The notes under the pieces are model-generated. The model saw only the letters and a program-made list of their open reading frames with translations, did no database searches and was not told the origin of the DNA. From Eledone cirrhosa (taxonomy: Eukaryota), in NCBI GenBank assembly GCA_964016885.1, contig OZ024753.1:35588001-35652000 (forward strand): a stretch of 64,000 nucleotides of DNA, given 5' to 3'. Below are positions 1 to 15,705 of this stretch, piece after piece. Position 1 is the stretch's first letter, and each line of letters opens with the position of its first letter. The position numbers and the translations under genes were made by a program.

Positions 1-48
<48 letters not shown>

Positions 49-449
49 TATATGTATGTATGTATATATATATAATTATATATATATGTATGTATATATA
101 TAATTATATATATATGTATGTATATATATAATTATATATGTATGTATGTATATATATAATTATATATGTATGTATGTATATATATATAATTATATATATA
201 TGTATGTATATATATAATTATATATATATGTATGTATATATATAATTATATATATATGTATGTATATATATAATTATATATATATGTATGTATATATATA
301 ATTATATATATATGTATGTATATATATAATTATATATATATGTATGTATATATATAATTATATATATATGTATGTATATATATAATTATATATATATGTA
401 TGTATATATATAATTATATATATACATACATATATATATAATTATATAT

Positions 450-490
<41 letters not shown>

Positions 491-494
491 TTCA

Positions 495-530
<36 letters not shown>

Positions 531-703
531 CATATATATACATATACATATATTCATATATATATATATACATATATATATATTCATATATATATATATA
601 CATATATATATACATATACATATATTCATATATATATATATATACATATATTCATATATATACATATATACATATATATATATATATACATACATACATA
701 CAT
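1..703. repeat. TA-rich micro/minisatellite
   Basis: Repeated tatatataattatatatatatgtatg units and (TA)n/(TACA)n. Confidence 0.95.
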
Positions 704-1179
704 AAAAAAATTTGCTCTTGAGGCATGAGCCACTTGTGGGAAACAAGTACCGTCTTATATGTCTTCTCTGTTTGCTACAGCACTATAGCATTGTCAGAAC
801 TATATTTAACCAAGACCTTGCACCCCTTGTCTTGTCTTGTTGGTCCCTTCAAGCATCAACTTCTCTTCACAACTTATTTCAGTCTCTTTACTGTCTCTCT
901 ATATATTTATTTTTTTAAACTCTATCTCTAATTTTTGTCTGGTGCCTGACTTGAAAAATATATATATATTCTAACTTACATTCGTTTGCTAAAAACTGTA
1001 GTATGCTCTTAATTATCTAATAAACTAATTAACTAAAAAAAAATATAGAAAAAAGTGTAAGCATCTATTATCAACTTACCCTCATTTTTTCTTAAATCTT
1101 TTTTTTTTCTTTTGGTACTTGTGTGGGTGGTTGGGCAGTTATGACTTTTGATTAGGGATCTAGGACAAGAGTGTTGAAA

Positions 1180-1395
1180 TTAACCCTTTAGCATTCAAAC
1201 AGGCCATATCCAGCCAGAATACTCTCACCTCTTTCTGTTCAAACCAGCCATAACTGGCTGCTCATACTTATGTTAAGGTATTGTTCTCAAAATAAATAAT
1301 ATCAAAATCTCATAGATTTGATATAATGTGAAATAAAGTGTTTACCGTGAAAATACAATAGTAAATATAGAGTAATGTAAATGCTAAAGGGTTAA
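1180..1395 (+). mobile_element. piggyBac-type MITE (other copies at 21627-21842, 21930-22142 inverted, 25119-25340, partial at 35080-35186)
   Basis: TTAA|CCCTTTAGCATT...AATGCTAAAGGG|TTAA termini; multiple similar copies. Confidence 0.8.
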
Positions 1396-1845
1396 AGCAA
1401 TTACATCATGGCTGCATAATTTTAGCCATTCATAAAACATGCTAAACAATAACTGTAAAACTCACTTTACATTTATGGTGTCAATATTTTCTGTGCACCT
1501 TTTGTGACCTGGTCGCTGACACAGTTCTATTGATTTGCAGTAGAATTATGTTAGAGGCTATGGAGTATGATATCAGTAGCAAGGTCACAAACTGTGCAAT
1601 GGAAAAAATTTTGACATCAAAAAAATAAATGTGAAATGAATTTAAGTTTTTGTAGAGGGTTGGGCAGTTAATGGCTAAAATGACTCTTCCATGATGTAAT
1701 TACTCTTCGTTCTACCATCCAAAAGTCATTGTTATAGAGGATGACCTCCTTAAAATTAAAGAGGGAAACATGAATAAAGGAATATTGATTCCATTGTTAG
1801 AACTTTAGCCATTGTCTCTGATTTTGTTTTGTTTCCTTTCTCTAG

Positions 1846-2430
1846 TTGCTACTGAAAGTCCTGAAATTGTGTTCCGTTTTGATCGTTTGGCAATCCCCCA
1901 TGTCAACCTAGTTGGTCAACCGGATCTGGTCAGCAGCGCGCACGATAACGTCATCCGACTAAATGGTCGTGGTCAGTATATTGATCTGGGAACTGATATC
2001 ACATGCGGTGGTGACTTGGAAAACTGTGTTGACGGCCATGTGATGCGGCTGCATGTGAAGACAAAGAAACTTCTTGACAACACGTACTTCCTTGACAGCT
2101 ACCCTACGACCATTTACTACAAAGATGGCCAACTCCATGCCGAAATGAGAACATCCACCCAGACATGGCATGTAAACACCACAGAGTTTGAAGCCGGAAC
2201 TTGGCAATATATTGAACTAGATTGGTACCCAGACGTTGGTCTGCGATTGTTCCTGAACCGCAGGGAGGTAGCACATGACACTATACCCCGCTTGCATGCC
2301 AGACAAGCTACTTCATCAAAAACCTTCATTGGTCGTTCTTTAAATGATGACGCTAACAAACATTACCTGAATGGTTTGGTGAAACAGATGGAACTCTGGC
2401 GGAGAAACCGAAATTATCATAGACCTAAAC
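1846..2430 (+). CDS. Exon: divergent LamG/concanavalin-A-like (pentraxin-like) domain
   Basis: tctag|TTGCT acceptor, AAAC|gtaagt donor; phase 1-1; [33 protein letters not shown] motifs. Confidence 0.8.
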
Positions 2431-3607
2431 GTAAGTATTTAATGCTTTCAATATTAACCCACCTAAAACTGTCACCTATAATACAAAGCCTCTTATTTTA
2501 AATTGTTTACCATATTTTCTGGCATTAAATATGCTCCCATCATGAATGCATTCCCATTTTAAGTCGCTAAATTTTGATGAAAAATAAAAGAAATATAAAA
2601 ATGAAACTTTCATCTGGGTGCATGGACACTACAAGGATGCTATGGATAAGACATGGTAAGTTTTACATTGAGTAAAGAGAAGGGGATATCGACAAAGAGA
2701 AAACATTTTTTTTTCTCTTTTCCGGTTTGTAAATATACTGACTTCAAATCCCTTTGAGATTAGCTTTGCTTTTTATCCTTACAGGGTCAATAAAATAAAG
2801 TACCAGTATTGCACTGGGGTCGATTTAATCGACTTCTCCTCCCCCAAAATTGTTGACCTTGTGCCTAAATCAGAAACTTTTATTATTATTTCTTAAAGAA
2901 TCAATATTGTATTCTATTTTTTTTTATTTTATTTACATTTGTTTATCTCCCTTGTTTCTCTTCATTTCAGCTGAACAAACTATAACTCTGAGTGGAAACA
3001 ATTATTATGGTTTCAATATATCTGTTAGAGAAGATACTAATCTAGTTTCTTCTCAGAAAGAACAATTCAAACTGAAGTTCACAAATGATAAATCTCAAAG
3101 AGAAGGTCTATTATGGTATGCCTATGATAGCTCACGCAGAATATTTCTCTACATCAAAGTGAGTATTTCCACCAGACATTCTTGAAAAGTATAAAACAGC
3201 ACTATGACTGCTTCACAATAGAAATTAAAGTCTTTACTTTAATACTGCAAATTTTCACACCAATCTGTCCATTTGTAAAGATACTATAAACATTTGAATT
3301 AACATATCCATTTTAAAATATTTTTTTGCTAAATTATTACAGGATGTTAAGAGTTAGTTACTAATATTTTGTAATCAATTCACTTTGGAACTGTTTATTG
3401 TAGGATGGTGATCTGTTCCTCAACATTATTGGACCTAATGGTAAGAAGTACAAATGGAAGATGAAGAAGCCAGCGAATGTTACATTTAATGATGGTAAAA
3501 TGCACCATGTCCTCTTACGGAGAGACGGACAGGAGGTGAGTCTGTTATTTTCTTATATATTAAGTTGTGTACTTAGCAACTGAAGTATAGAATAGGATAA
3601 AGAAATA

Positions 3608-3650
<43 letters not shown>

Positions 3651-6600
3651 AGAATTGAGAAGGCGTCACACCGGAGGGTGTTGAGGGAGATGCGCCAGAA
3701 GAGCCATTCCAGCTCATGAGGTTCATGCCTGCTGGTAGCCAACTCTGTGCCAATGGTGGTGAGTAGGGAAGTGGCCCTTGGGCCAAAGTCACCAAAGACC
3801 AATAAGTTTCAAAAAGCCGGTACAATGCAGTCGAAAAATATGAGAGAGGGTAATGACCCCGAAATATGTTGAAATATATTGGGTAAAACATTACTTTGTT
3901 TTGTTTGTTATACTTTACCCTTTATATATTTCTACTACATTGTAACACCCTTTTGGAACTTATCAGCTAAAATAACGGTTTTTTATCATACAACTTGGGG
4001 CTGTTTCAAGCAGTTTTTATCATACAACTTGGGGCTGTTTCAAGTAGTTTTTATCATACAACTTGGGGCTGTTTCAAGTAGTTTTTATCATACAACTTGG
4101 GGCTGTTTCAAGTAGTTTTTATCATACAACTTGGGGCTGTTTCAAGCAGTTTTTATCATACAACTTGGGGCTGTTTCAAGCAGTTTTTATCATACAACTT
4201 GGGGCTGTTTCAAGTAGTTTTTATCATACAACTTGGGGCTGTTTCAAGTAGTTTTTATCATACAACTTGGGGCTGTTTCAAGTAGTTTTTATCATACAAC
4301 TTGGGGCTGTTTCAAGTAGTTTTTATCATACAACTTGGGGCTGTTTCAAGCAGTTTTTATCATACAACTTGGGGCTGTTTCAAGTAGTTTTTATCATACA
4401 ACTTGGGGCTGTTTCAAGCAGTTTTTATCATACAACTTGGGGCTGTTTCAAGTAGTTTTTATCATACAACTTGGGGCTGTTTCAAGTAGTTTTTATCATA
4501 CAACTTGGGGCTGTTTCAAGTAGTTTTTATCATACAACTTGGGGCTGTTTCAAGTAGTTTTTATCATACAACTTGGGGCTGTTTCAAGCAGTTTTTATCA
4601 TACAACTTGGGGCTGTTTCAAGTAGTTTTTATCATACAACTTGGGGCTGTTTCAAGCAGTTTTTATCATACAACTTGGGGCTGTTTCAAGCAGTTTTTTT
4701 ATCATAGAAATTGGGGCTGTTTCAAGTAGTTTTTATCATACAACTTGGGGCTGTTTCAAGTAGTTTTTATCATACAACTTGGGGCTGTTTCAAGTAGTTT
4801 TTATCATACAACTTGGGGCTGTTTCAAGTAGTTTTTATCATACAACTTGGGGCTGTTTCAAGTAGTTTTTATCATACAACTTGGGGCTGTTTCAAGCAGT
4901 TTTTATCATACAACTTGGGGCTGTTTCAAGTAGTTTTTATCATACAACTTGGGGCTGTTTCAAGCAGTTTTTATCATACAACTTGGGGCTGTTTCAAGTA
5001 GTTTTTATCATACAACTTGGGGCTGTTTCAAGTAGTTTTTATCATACAACTTGGGGCTGTTTCAAGTAGTTTTTATCATACAACTTGGGGCTGTTTCAAG
5101 TAGTTTTTATCATACAACTTGGGGCTGTTTCAAGCAGTTTTTATCATACAACTTGGGGCTGTTTCAAGTAGTTTTTATCATACAACTTGGGGCTGTTTCA
5201 AGCAGTTTTTATCATACAACTTGGGGCTGTTTCAAGCAGTTTTTTTATCATAGAAATTGGGGCTGTTTCAAGTAGTTTTTATCATACAACTTGGGGCTGT
5301 TTCAAGTAGTTTTTATCATACAACTTGGGGCTGTTTCAAGCAGTTTTTATCATACAACTTGGGGCTGTTTCAAGCAGTTTTTTTATCATAGAAATTGGGG
5401 CTGTTTCAAGTAGTTTTTATCATACAACTTGGGGCTGTTTCAAGTAGTTTTTATCATACAACTTGGGGCTGTTTCAAGCAGTTTTTATCATACAACTTGG
5501 GGCTGTTTCAAGCAGTTTTTATCATACAACTTGGGGCTGTTTCAAGCAGTTTTGTGTAAAAATAGTTAATCTTTTGTGTCATCTTTTGCAGATTTACTGG
5601 AGTGTTGATGATATCTACAGACAAGCTTTTAGTCTCCCGATTGCAATCAAACTGTTACTACCAAAAGACTATGTCTTCATTGGCGGTACTCCTGATAATA
5701 GTGACTACACTTTCGGAGATGTTAACAAAAACTTCAAAGGAATCGCAGGCAATGTAAGCTTGTTTTGTTTTCATTTGTTTTTGTTGTTGGTTTTTTCTGT
5801 TGTTTCCTTTTTGAATTTATAATTGGAAAATTGGTGCATCATCAAATTGTACTTGCTTCGTTTCTCTCTAGCATTCACATGTCTTCTGCATTCACATTTC
5901 TTCTACATTCACATCTCTACAAACTTCACATCTCTACAGACTTCACATTTCTTCTACATTTACATCTCTACAGACTTCACTTCTCTTCTACATTCACATC
6001 TCTACAGACTTCACATTTCTTCTGCACTTACATCTCTACAGACTTCACATTTCTTCTGCATTTACTGCCCATGTTTCACTTTCATGCAACAACATGCTAT
6101 GCAGTTCATTAATTCGTTTGTCAAAAATCGTTTCAGTACAACCTGTGACCTTATCAATGACTGTACCCTCCTGCATCCCTTCACTTCTGCTCTCCTTTCA
6201 ATACCTCAGAAATTCCTTTTCACAAGTTCTACTATTTATATTTGTTATACTTTTAGCTTACACCTACTATTATTAGTGCCACTACCTCTACCAATACTAC
6301 GACTAATACCACCATCACCACAACCACCACCACCACTATTACTAATACCACTACCACCACTATTACTAATACCACTGCTACCACCACTATTACTAATACC
6401 ACCACCACTATTACTAATACCATTGCTACCACCACCACCACTATTACTAATACCACTGCTACCACCACCACCACTATTACTAATACCACTGCTACCACTA
6501 CTGCTAATACCACCATCACCACTACTACTAATACTGCCATTACTATTAATACCACCACCACCACCACTACTACTACTTTTAACAACACAACAGTCACTGA

Positions 6601-9600
6601 TTCAACCATTTTTTTATTATTTAATTTATTTTTTTTTTACAGTTGATTTACACATCTGGCCGATTTGACTTGGATATTCTAAACATGGCTCTACGTGTTA
6701 TGCCAGGAGTGACACCAGCACCAACCACAACGCCAATTGACTTCACTCCTTCACCGAAACCACCAAATACATTCTCTCCTATAACATTTATAACTCCTCA
6801 AAGCTTTGTAGAGACCGGAGCCTGGGATGTATCTAAAGGGGGGCAACTTAAGTTCAAATTCTATACTAATGATCCCGAAGGTTTAATATTCTACAACGGT
6901 GATCACCGCTATTATGTTGCTGTTGAAATATATGAAGGCAAACTCTACTTTGTCTATAATTTCGGTGACGGAAGCAAACGGGTCAGCTTTTTTGATAGCA
7001 TCGTCAATGACCGACAAGAACATGAGGCCACAATCACAATTAACCCCCAGAAGACATTCATGAAGGTGGAATTGGATGGCAACAGGAAAGCTGTTCGTCT
7101 TCAACCCAATGAAAGGCAGAACCGTCAGTTAGCAGGCTCCATGTATGTTGGATGGGTGCCAAATGCTGCTAGAATACCTTGGGAACTTTGGGCCACAAAG
7201 GGATTTCAAGGCTGCTTGTTGAATGTACAGGTGAGTTTTTTTTTTTTTATGCTTAACCTTCAACACACTGTGGACGACGAAATGCACTATATGAGTAATC
7301 TCCCCTTAAAAGATATTGCAGTGACAAGGGAAGCAACTCATAAAAACTACTAGCGTTCTAATGGTTAATCTGAGCGGGAGGAACAGTGCATCTATCTAAT
7401 CTAGTCAGCTGTGTTCATCCAATCCGATACCAGACCAGATTTGAGCCAAGCCAATTGATGTATATTTATATAATCTCTCTAAGATGATGTTACATTTACT
7501 ATCTGATGATTTCCTCTTGTTTTAGATGAATCTTGCCAAAGCCGACCTCCTCAAAAGCCTGAGAAGATTCCAGCTTGGCCGAACTATTGAAGCTCGTTGT
7601 TCCCCTATTGTACCCCAGTGTAATAGTAGAACATGTAAAAATGGTAACTGTATTGATTACTGGAATGGCTATAGCTGTGACTGCTCCAACGAACCATTTA
7701 CTGGCCGTAACTGTGATCAGGGTAATTTAACTTTCTTGTTTTGAATACATACCATTGACTTGAACAACATATCAATAACTAGCACTACATACCATTGACT
7801 TGAACAACATATCAATAACTAGCACTACATACCATTGACTTGAACATATCAATAACTAGCACTACATACCATTGACTTGAACAACATATCAATAACTAGC
7901 ACTACATACCATTGACTTGAACATATCAATAACTAGCACTACATACCATTGACTTGAACAACATATCAATAACTAGCACTACATACCATTGACTTGAACA
8001 ACATATCAATAACTAGCACTACATACCATTGACTTGAACAACATATCAATAACTAGCACTACATACCATTGACTTGAACAACATATCAATAACTAGCACT
8101 ACATACCATTGACTTGAACAACATATCAATAACTAGCACTACATACCATTGACTTGAACAACATATCAATAACTAGCACTACATACCATTGACTTGAACA
8201 ACATATCAATAACTAGCACTACATACCATTGACTTGAACAACATATCAATAACTAGCACTACATACCATTGACTTGAACATATCAATAACTAGCACTACA
8301 TACCATTGACTTGAACAACATATCAATAACTAGCACTACATACCATTGACTTGAACATATCAATAACTAGCACTACATACCATTGACTTGAACATATCAA
8401 TAACTAGCACTACATACCATTGACTTGAACATATCAATAACTAGCACTACATACCATTGACTTGAACATATCAATAACTAGCACTACATACCATTGACTT
8501 GAACATATCAATAACTAGCACTACATACCATTGACTTGAACATATCAATAACTAGCACTACATACCATTGACTTGAACAACATATCAATAACTAGCACTA
8601 CATACCATTGACTTGAACAACATATCAATAACTAGCACTACATACCATTGACTTGAACAACATATCAATAACTAGCACTACATACCATTGACTTGAACAT
8701 ATCAATAACTAGCACTACATACCATTGACTTGAACAACATATCAATAACTAGCACTACATACCATTGACTTGAACAACATATCAATAACTAGCACTACAT
8801 ACCATTGACTTGAACATATCAATAACTAGCACTACATACCATTGACTTGAACAACATATCAATAACTAGCACTACATACCATTGACTTGAACATATCAAT
8901 AACTAGCACTACATACCATTGACTTGAACAACATATCAATAACTAGCACTACATACCATTGACTTGAACAACATATCAATAACTAGCACTACATACCATT
9001 GACTTGAACAACATATCAATAACTAGCACTACATACCATTGACTTGAACAACATATCAATAACTAGCACTACATACCATTGACTTGAACATATCAATAAC
9101 TAGCACTACATACCATTGACTTGAACAACATATCAATAACTAGCACTACATACCATTGACTTGAACATATCAATAACTAGCACTACATACCATTGACTTG
9201 AACAACATATCAATAACTAGCACTACATACCATTGACTTGAACAACATATCAATAACTAGCACTACATACCATTGACTTGAACAACATATCAATAACTAG
9301 CACTACATACCATTGACTTGAACAACATATCAATAACTAGCACTACATACCATTGACTTGAACAACATATCAATAACTAGCACTACATACCATTGACTTG
9401 AACAACATATCAATAACTAGCACTACATACCATTGACTTGAACAACATATCAATAACTAGCACTACATACCATTGACTTGAACATATCAATAACTAGCAC
9501 TACATACCATTGACTTGAACAACATATCAATAACTAGCACTACATACCATTGACTTGAACAACATATCAATAACTAGCACTACATACCATTGACTTGAAC

Positions 9601-12600
9601 AACATATCAATAACTAGCACTACATACCATTGACTTGAACAACATATCAATAACTAGCACTACATACCATTGACTTGAACAACATATCAATAACTAGCAC
9701 TACATACCATTGACTTGAACAACATATCAATAACTAGCACTACATACCATTGACTTGAATATCTGTGTATTTAGGTTTTTCGAATAGATGCACCATATTG
9801 CAGGGAGATGTTGTATAGCAACTAAATATCTATATAGTATTCTAAATACAGTGTATATAAGTAAAAGTTTAAAGTCTGTCTCAAGCCCAAGGGCTTATCA
9901 GGCCAGTGATTGTCCTGGTTTCCATAGCGGGAAGTGACTGAGAGTATGACTTCCCCCTGGACAGGACGCCAGTCCATCGCAGGATTAAACCTCCAGCTAT
10001 TGCTGGTACTCATTTTTAGTTAAGTATACAGGAGCAACGTGAAATGAAGTGTTTTGCTCAAGAACGCAGCACACAACCCAGTCCAGGAATTATACCCATG
10101 ACATTATGATCGTAAGTTCAACACTTTTACCACGAAGCCATGCACCTCCATGTACATATGTAAGAGGTGACTAAAAAGGTTGGTGTTAGGAAGGACATCA
10201 ACTGTAAAGCACTGTCTCATAACTTCCTATCCACCCCATGCTAGCATGGAAAAGTGGACATAAAAGCAATGATGATGACTTGAACTACATATGGATTATA
10301 AAGGGGCCTGAGTTAGCAGTTAGTGTTGAACTCATGATTGTAAAGTTGCAAGTTCAATCTCTTGCCATTGGTCATACAATATCAACATTTTTCTATTTCA
10401 TTCATAAATCACTCACATACTTGTTTTACAATATCAAACTTTTGCTATTTCATTCATAAATCACTCACACATTTCTTTTACAATATCAAACTTTTGCTAC
10501 TTCATTCATTTAATCACTCACATACTTGTTTTACAGATGCTCCAGTTTCTGTATTTGATGGTAGTCATGGGAATAAGATTATCTTTGCTGATACTTTGAA
10601 ATCCAATAGAGATGACTTTTCTCTACGTTTTAATACTCACCTTAGAAACACAACATTGTTCCATACAACTGCTGAAAACTCTACAGATAGCATATCAGCC
10701 TTTCTTGACAGAGGAGTTTTGAAACTTGTTGTAAATATTAACGGCCAAAGAAAGGTAAGATGATGATGGTCTTTTTATTATTACTAGTACGGAAAAGGGT
10801 GATGTATTGGCAGTAATCAGTAGAGCATCAGACAACATGCTTTGTGGCATAGAGTTACGACTCTTTACATTCTGCGTTCAAATCCTCTCGAGGTTAGCTT
10901 TGCCTTTCATCCTTATAGGGTCGATAAAATAAAGTACCAGTAATGCATGGACAAGTTGAGAGAGAAACTGGGTATAAGAGGGATCAGTTGTAGTGTACGG
11001 GAGAGAAGACTGAGATGGTATGGACATGTGATGCGCATGGAGGATGACCGCTGGGTAAAGAAGGGCCAAGAAATGTCAGTAGAAGGAAGACGCAGTAGAG
11101 GAAGACCACGAAAAACATGGGCGGAGGTGGTGAGAGTGGACTTCAGATCGCTGAAGCTCATGGAGGAGATGACGAAGGACCATGACAAGTGGAGAGATGC
11201 TGTGCTGAATAGGACCCGTCCCACCCTTGCAAGCAGGGAAAAGCGGACGTAAAATGATGATGATGATGATGATGATGCAATGGGGTTGATTTAATCAAAT
11301 TTCTCCTTCTTTTCAAATTGCTGGCCTTGTGTCAAAAGTAGAAGCCATTATTACTATTACATTACAAGGGTGGTGGAGTGGCAGTATCGGTAGAGGGTCG
11401 AACGCCATGCTTTGCAGCAAAGAGTTACGGCCCTTTATGGTCTGAGTTCAAATCCCGCCGAGGTTAACTTTGCCTTTCATCCTTATGGGGTCGATAAAAT
11501 AAAGTACCAGTAATGTACTGGGTAATTGCTGGCCTTGTGCCAAAAAGTAGAAACAATTATTACTATTACATAAACCAGGGATTCTCAACCTTTTTTTCGC
11601 TGTGGACCACCAAAATAAGTAATTTTTTCCTGTGGTCCACCTAAACTTTTAAATCTTTTGTAATAGAACTGATACTTATAAGCATCAGTAGACGTTTTTT
11701 TTTCAATGAATTAGAAAATGCTATTATCATGTCGCAGTGCCTAAAAATCTACGCAAATAAACAGCTGAAGTCGTACTTATGCGAAGAATAAGAACAGTGC
11801 TTTAAGACAAATGCATGGATCAAAAGAGAATTTGCTATTGAAAATTTTCTGTGGACCACCTGAATTTTCCTGTGGACCACTAGTTGTCCACATGGACCAG
11901 GTTGATAACCCCTGACATAAACCACTGTCTTACAGACAAAATAACCAACATTAGGTTTCTTCATGAAACATTAATCCTTGTAGATTTAATGTAAAAAAAA
12001 CTGGAACACACTCATCATTGAAAGTGGTGGAGATCCATTCATTTTACTTTACTACTGTCATCACAATGTTAATCAATTTCTTAATTTCTAGATTCTTCGA
12101 GCTGGTTCCAACCTGAATAACAGAAAATGGCATACCATGCATTTAAAGAGGAGAGGAAACCGAGTAATACTTAAAGTTGATAATGAGAAAACAGCTGAGG
12201 GTAAATTCTTTTAAAGTATTGATTTTTTTTAATTATAAAATATTTTAATCTTTGTAGTTATCAAATTTTTGACCATCTTGTTGTTGTTTAGCAGTAGTAG
12301 TTCCGTAGAGACGTACAGTGGAATTTCGCTTCACAAACTTAATTCGTTCCCGAAGGTCATTCGTCATCAGAAATGTTTCATAAACTGAAACTATTTTTCC
12401 CATATGAAACGTTGAGAGAGAGAGAGAGAGAGAGACTGTGTGTGAAAGACAGATAGATATCATCATAGTAACTAAGTATGCAGCAAATCATGCTTTCCTG
12501 CCGATACTCCCAGATTGTTGCCAGCTTGCGTGTTCATTACTTGAGACACCATTCATCACCTGAGATGTTTTATGTTCAGAAAAAATGTTTGTGAGCCAAT

Positions 12601-14349
12601 TTGTTCATGATGAGAAGCATTCATGAACCGAGGTTCCATTGTATATGAAAGCATATTGAGGTAGCTGTTGTGACAGTAACAAAAGGATTAAACTAAATAA
12701 CTGAGAGTATACCAGTTTGTCCTAAGGTTAAAACCTTCCAGCTGGTATTCATTATGTTGCAGCCCACACAGGACATGTGTGCGCCACGCAAAAAAAAAGC
12801 ACCCATCACTCACTGTAAATGAGGTTGGTGTTAGGAAGAGCATCCAGCTGTAGAAATCAAGCCAGAATCAGTTTCCGTATGAGCAAGACAAAGTCAGCTG
12901 ACCGGACACTGCCCACAACAGGACAACCTGTCTAACCCATGCTAGCGTGGAAGAACGGACATAAAACGGTGATGATGATGATGATAGTCGATTGACAAGA
13001 TCCCAGACCTCATTTACTTAATGAATGGGGTGGAACTTGTCAAATCGGACCAAGGAAACAATGTTTCCATTGGTCTTTCCAATTGCTAATACTATCTACC
13101 GGTTGCAAATCCAGGCAGAAGGAGCACATGAAGTAAAGTCTCTTGCTCAAGAATATAACAAATCGCCTGGTCTGGGAATTAAACACACAACCTCATGATT
13201 GCAAATTTACTGGATTAACCCATTTCTTAATACCTATTCCTCAAATGTTTATTGTTTAATTTCAGAAACCATCAATGGCAGAGGATTCTACTTCAATTTG
13301 AAACAAATCGACGTTGCTTCACTAAAAGGAGGCAGCCCAAATGACAAATTCTTCATCGGATTTTTACAGAACTTCCTTTACAATGAATACGATGTTTTCA
13401 ATAGTGAAAAATCAAAAGTTGGTAGCAAGTTTGTAATTGTCGATAGTATTAATGATCTGCCTCCTATAGTCTACAACCCCATTACAGTCTCAAACATCAA
13501 AAGCTTCATTCGTTTACCAACACTGGATTCTTTAGGAAACATAGTTGATTTGATGTTTAAAACAAAAGAATCTAGTGGAATTCTTCTCTTCAATGGTGGT
13601 GTCAATGATGAATTCATTGCACTGGAGATCTACAAACGCAACTTGTGGCTAACCTATAACACTGGAAACAACCCAACAGCCATCCATTTGAACTCATTTG
13701 ACGTCAGCGATGACAAGTGGCATTCAGTGAAAATAAAATTCATCACACCCCAACACATTGTTGCTTATGTCGATGGGTCTAAGGTGGATTATAAACAACA
13801 ATCTTCAGGCAAACTTAATTTAGATGGTCCACTTTATCTAGGGGGATTACCTAAGGATGTACTTGAGAGTAACATTGCTAGTAAATTAAGTTCAACTCAT
13901 GGATTTAAAGGCTGTTTTGCTGCCATGCATCTAAATGGCAGGAGTGTTTCAATGAATAGTTTGATTGGTAAAAGTGACAGTATCAAATCTGGCTGTTTAG
14001 GTATGTTAAAACATTTTATATTTTAATTTAATGATGAAGGAGGGACTTAGCTATGTTTTGTTTGTTTGAGTTTTTATGTTTCTAGTGTGTTTCTATATAT
14101 ATCTATATAATATAAAATCAAAAGATGGTTAAAAGAGTTCCATGTATTTTATCATGCGCATTTCAGAAACAAATATCATCATGGGATGATATTTGTTTTT
14201 GAAATGCGCATAATAAAATACATGGAACTCTTTTAACCATCTTTTCATTTTATATTATTTATACTCCAGTCCTATAAACTGTTGAGTGCTACTTATCCGA
14301 TATTTGCATTGCTTTATTGTGCTACAATAAAACTCACCTCCTACATATA

Positions 14350-14393
<44 letters not shown>

Positions 14394-15080
14394 ATGGAAA
14401 ACAAAGATTCAGTGATGCATTGGAACACTATTTATGAGCGCATTACAATTGTTTCCCCAGCGAACAGCTCGAGGTACAACCCATTTGTGGATCGGACCTG
14501 ACTCTGCATTTGCAAGTTTCTCAGATATGTCTAAGCAAATCCTGTCTGTTCATTTATGATATTATTATACTCTGCTCCATTTCTTCCTCTTCTCACTCTC
14601 CTATTTATTTTTTTTATTTCTCATTCTATCCTCTGATAAAGGAGTAACATCCAAAATGTTAAGACTCTTTTCCTACTCTATCAAGTGTTAAACTAATATA
14701 TTTCTTCATTGTACTGTGTTGTTTTCTATTAATTTTTCTTACACACATGTATATACATACGCATAAATGTGTATATATATACATATACACACATGTATAT
14801 ATGTATCTATATATATGTGTGTATATGTATATATGTGTATATATGTATATATATATGTGTGTGTATATGTATATATGTATATATATCTACACATATATAT
14901 ATGTATATACATATATACAGTATATATGTGTGTGTATATAAATACATATATACATATGTATAAATGTGTATATGTATATATACATATGTGTATATGTATA
15001 TATATGTACGCATATATGTTTTATACATATATGTGTGTGTATATAAATACATGTACACACATGTATATACATATGTATAA

Positions 15081-15119
<39 letters not shown>

Positions 15120-15157
15120 TATATATATATATATATGTGTGTATGTGTATATATATA

Positions 15158-15212
<55 letters not shown>

Positions 15213-15464
15213 CGTTTCTGAATTTGTTTAGCAAGATTCTTTATCTGAAATGGCAACATGACCCTCCCAAAGTATAACAATATATATATATACATGTACA
15301 TATATATATAATTCTTTTTATTTTTTTTCCTTAAAGCTTTATCCACTGTTTGTCAGAAAACAACTTGTGCCAATAATGGAAAATGCCATCAGGGACCAAC
15401 TGGTTATCTCTGTGACTGTGACCAAACTGGTTACTCTGGTACCAGATGTACTGAACGTAAGTAT

Positions 15465-15500
<36 letters not shown>

Positions 15501-15647
15501 ATAATAATAAAATTGAAGACTAAAATCCAAAGAGGGCTCGATAAGGAAAATATATATCAAATATATAAGAACCCTAGAGCAAATATTTATTTGCCCGTTA
15601 AGGGTGAAAGCAGCGATTCTTTGCTTAAACTTTAATCTGTTATTTTA

Positions 15648-15705
<58 letters not shown>

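Noticed and set aside
5823-6668. 281-aa Pro/Leu-rich ORF and its antisense poly-Val ORF
   Set aside because: Intronic simple repeats; the real exon starts at 6643 in another frame
3978-9758. 34-bp and 37/40-bp arrays as CRISPR
   Set aside because: Head-to-tail units with no unique spacers, inside eukaryotic introns, and no cas genes
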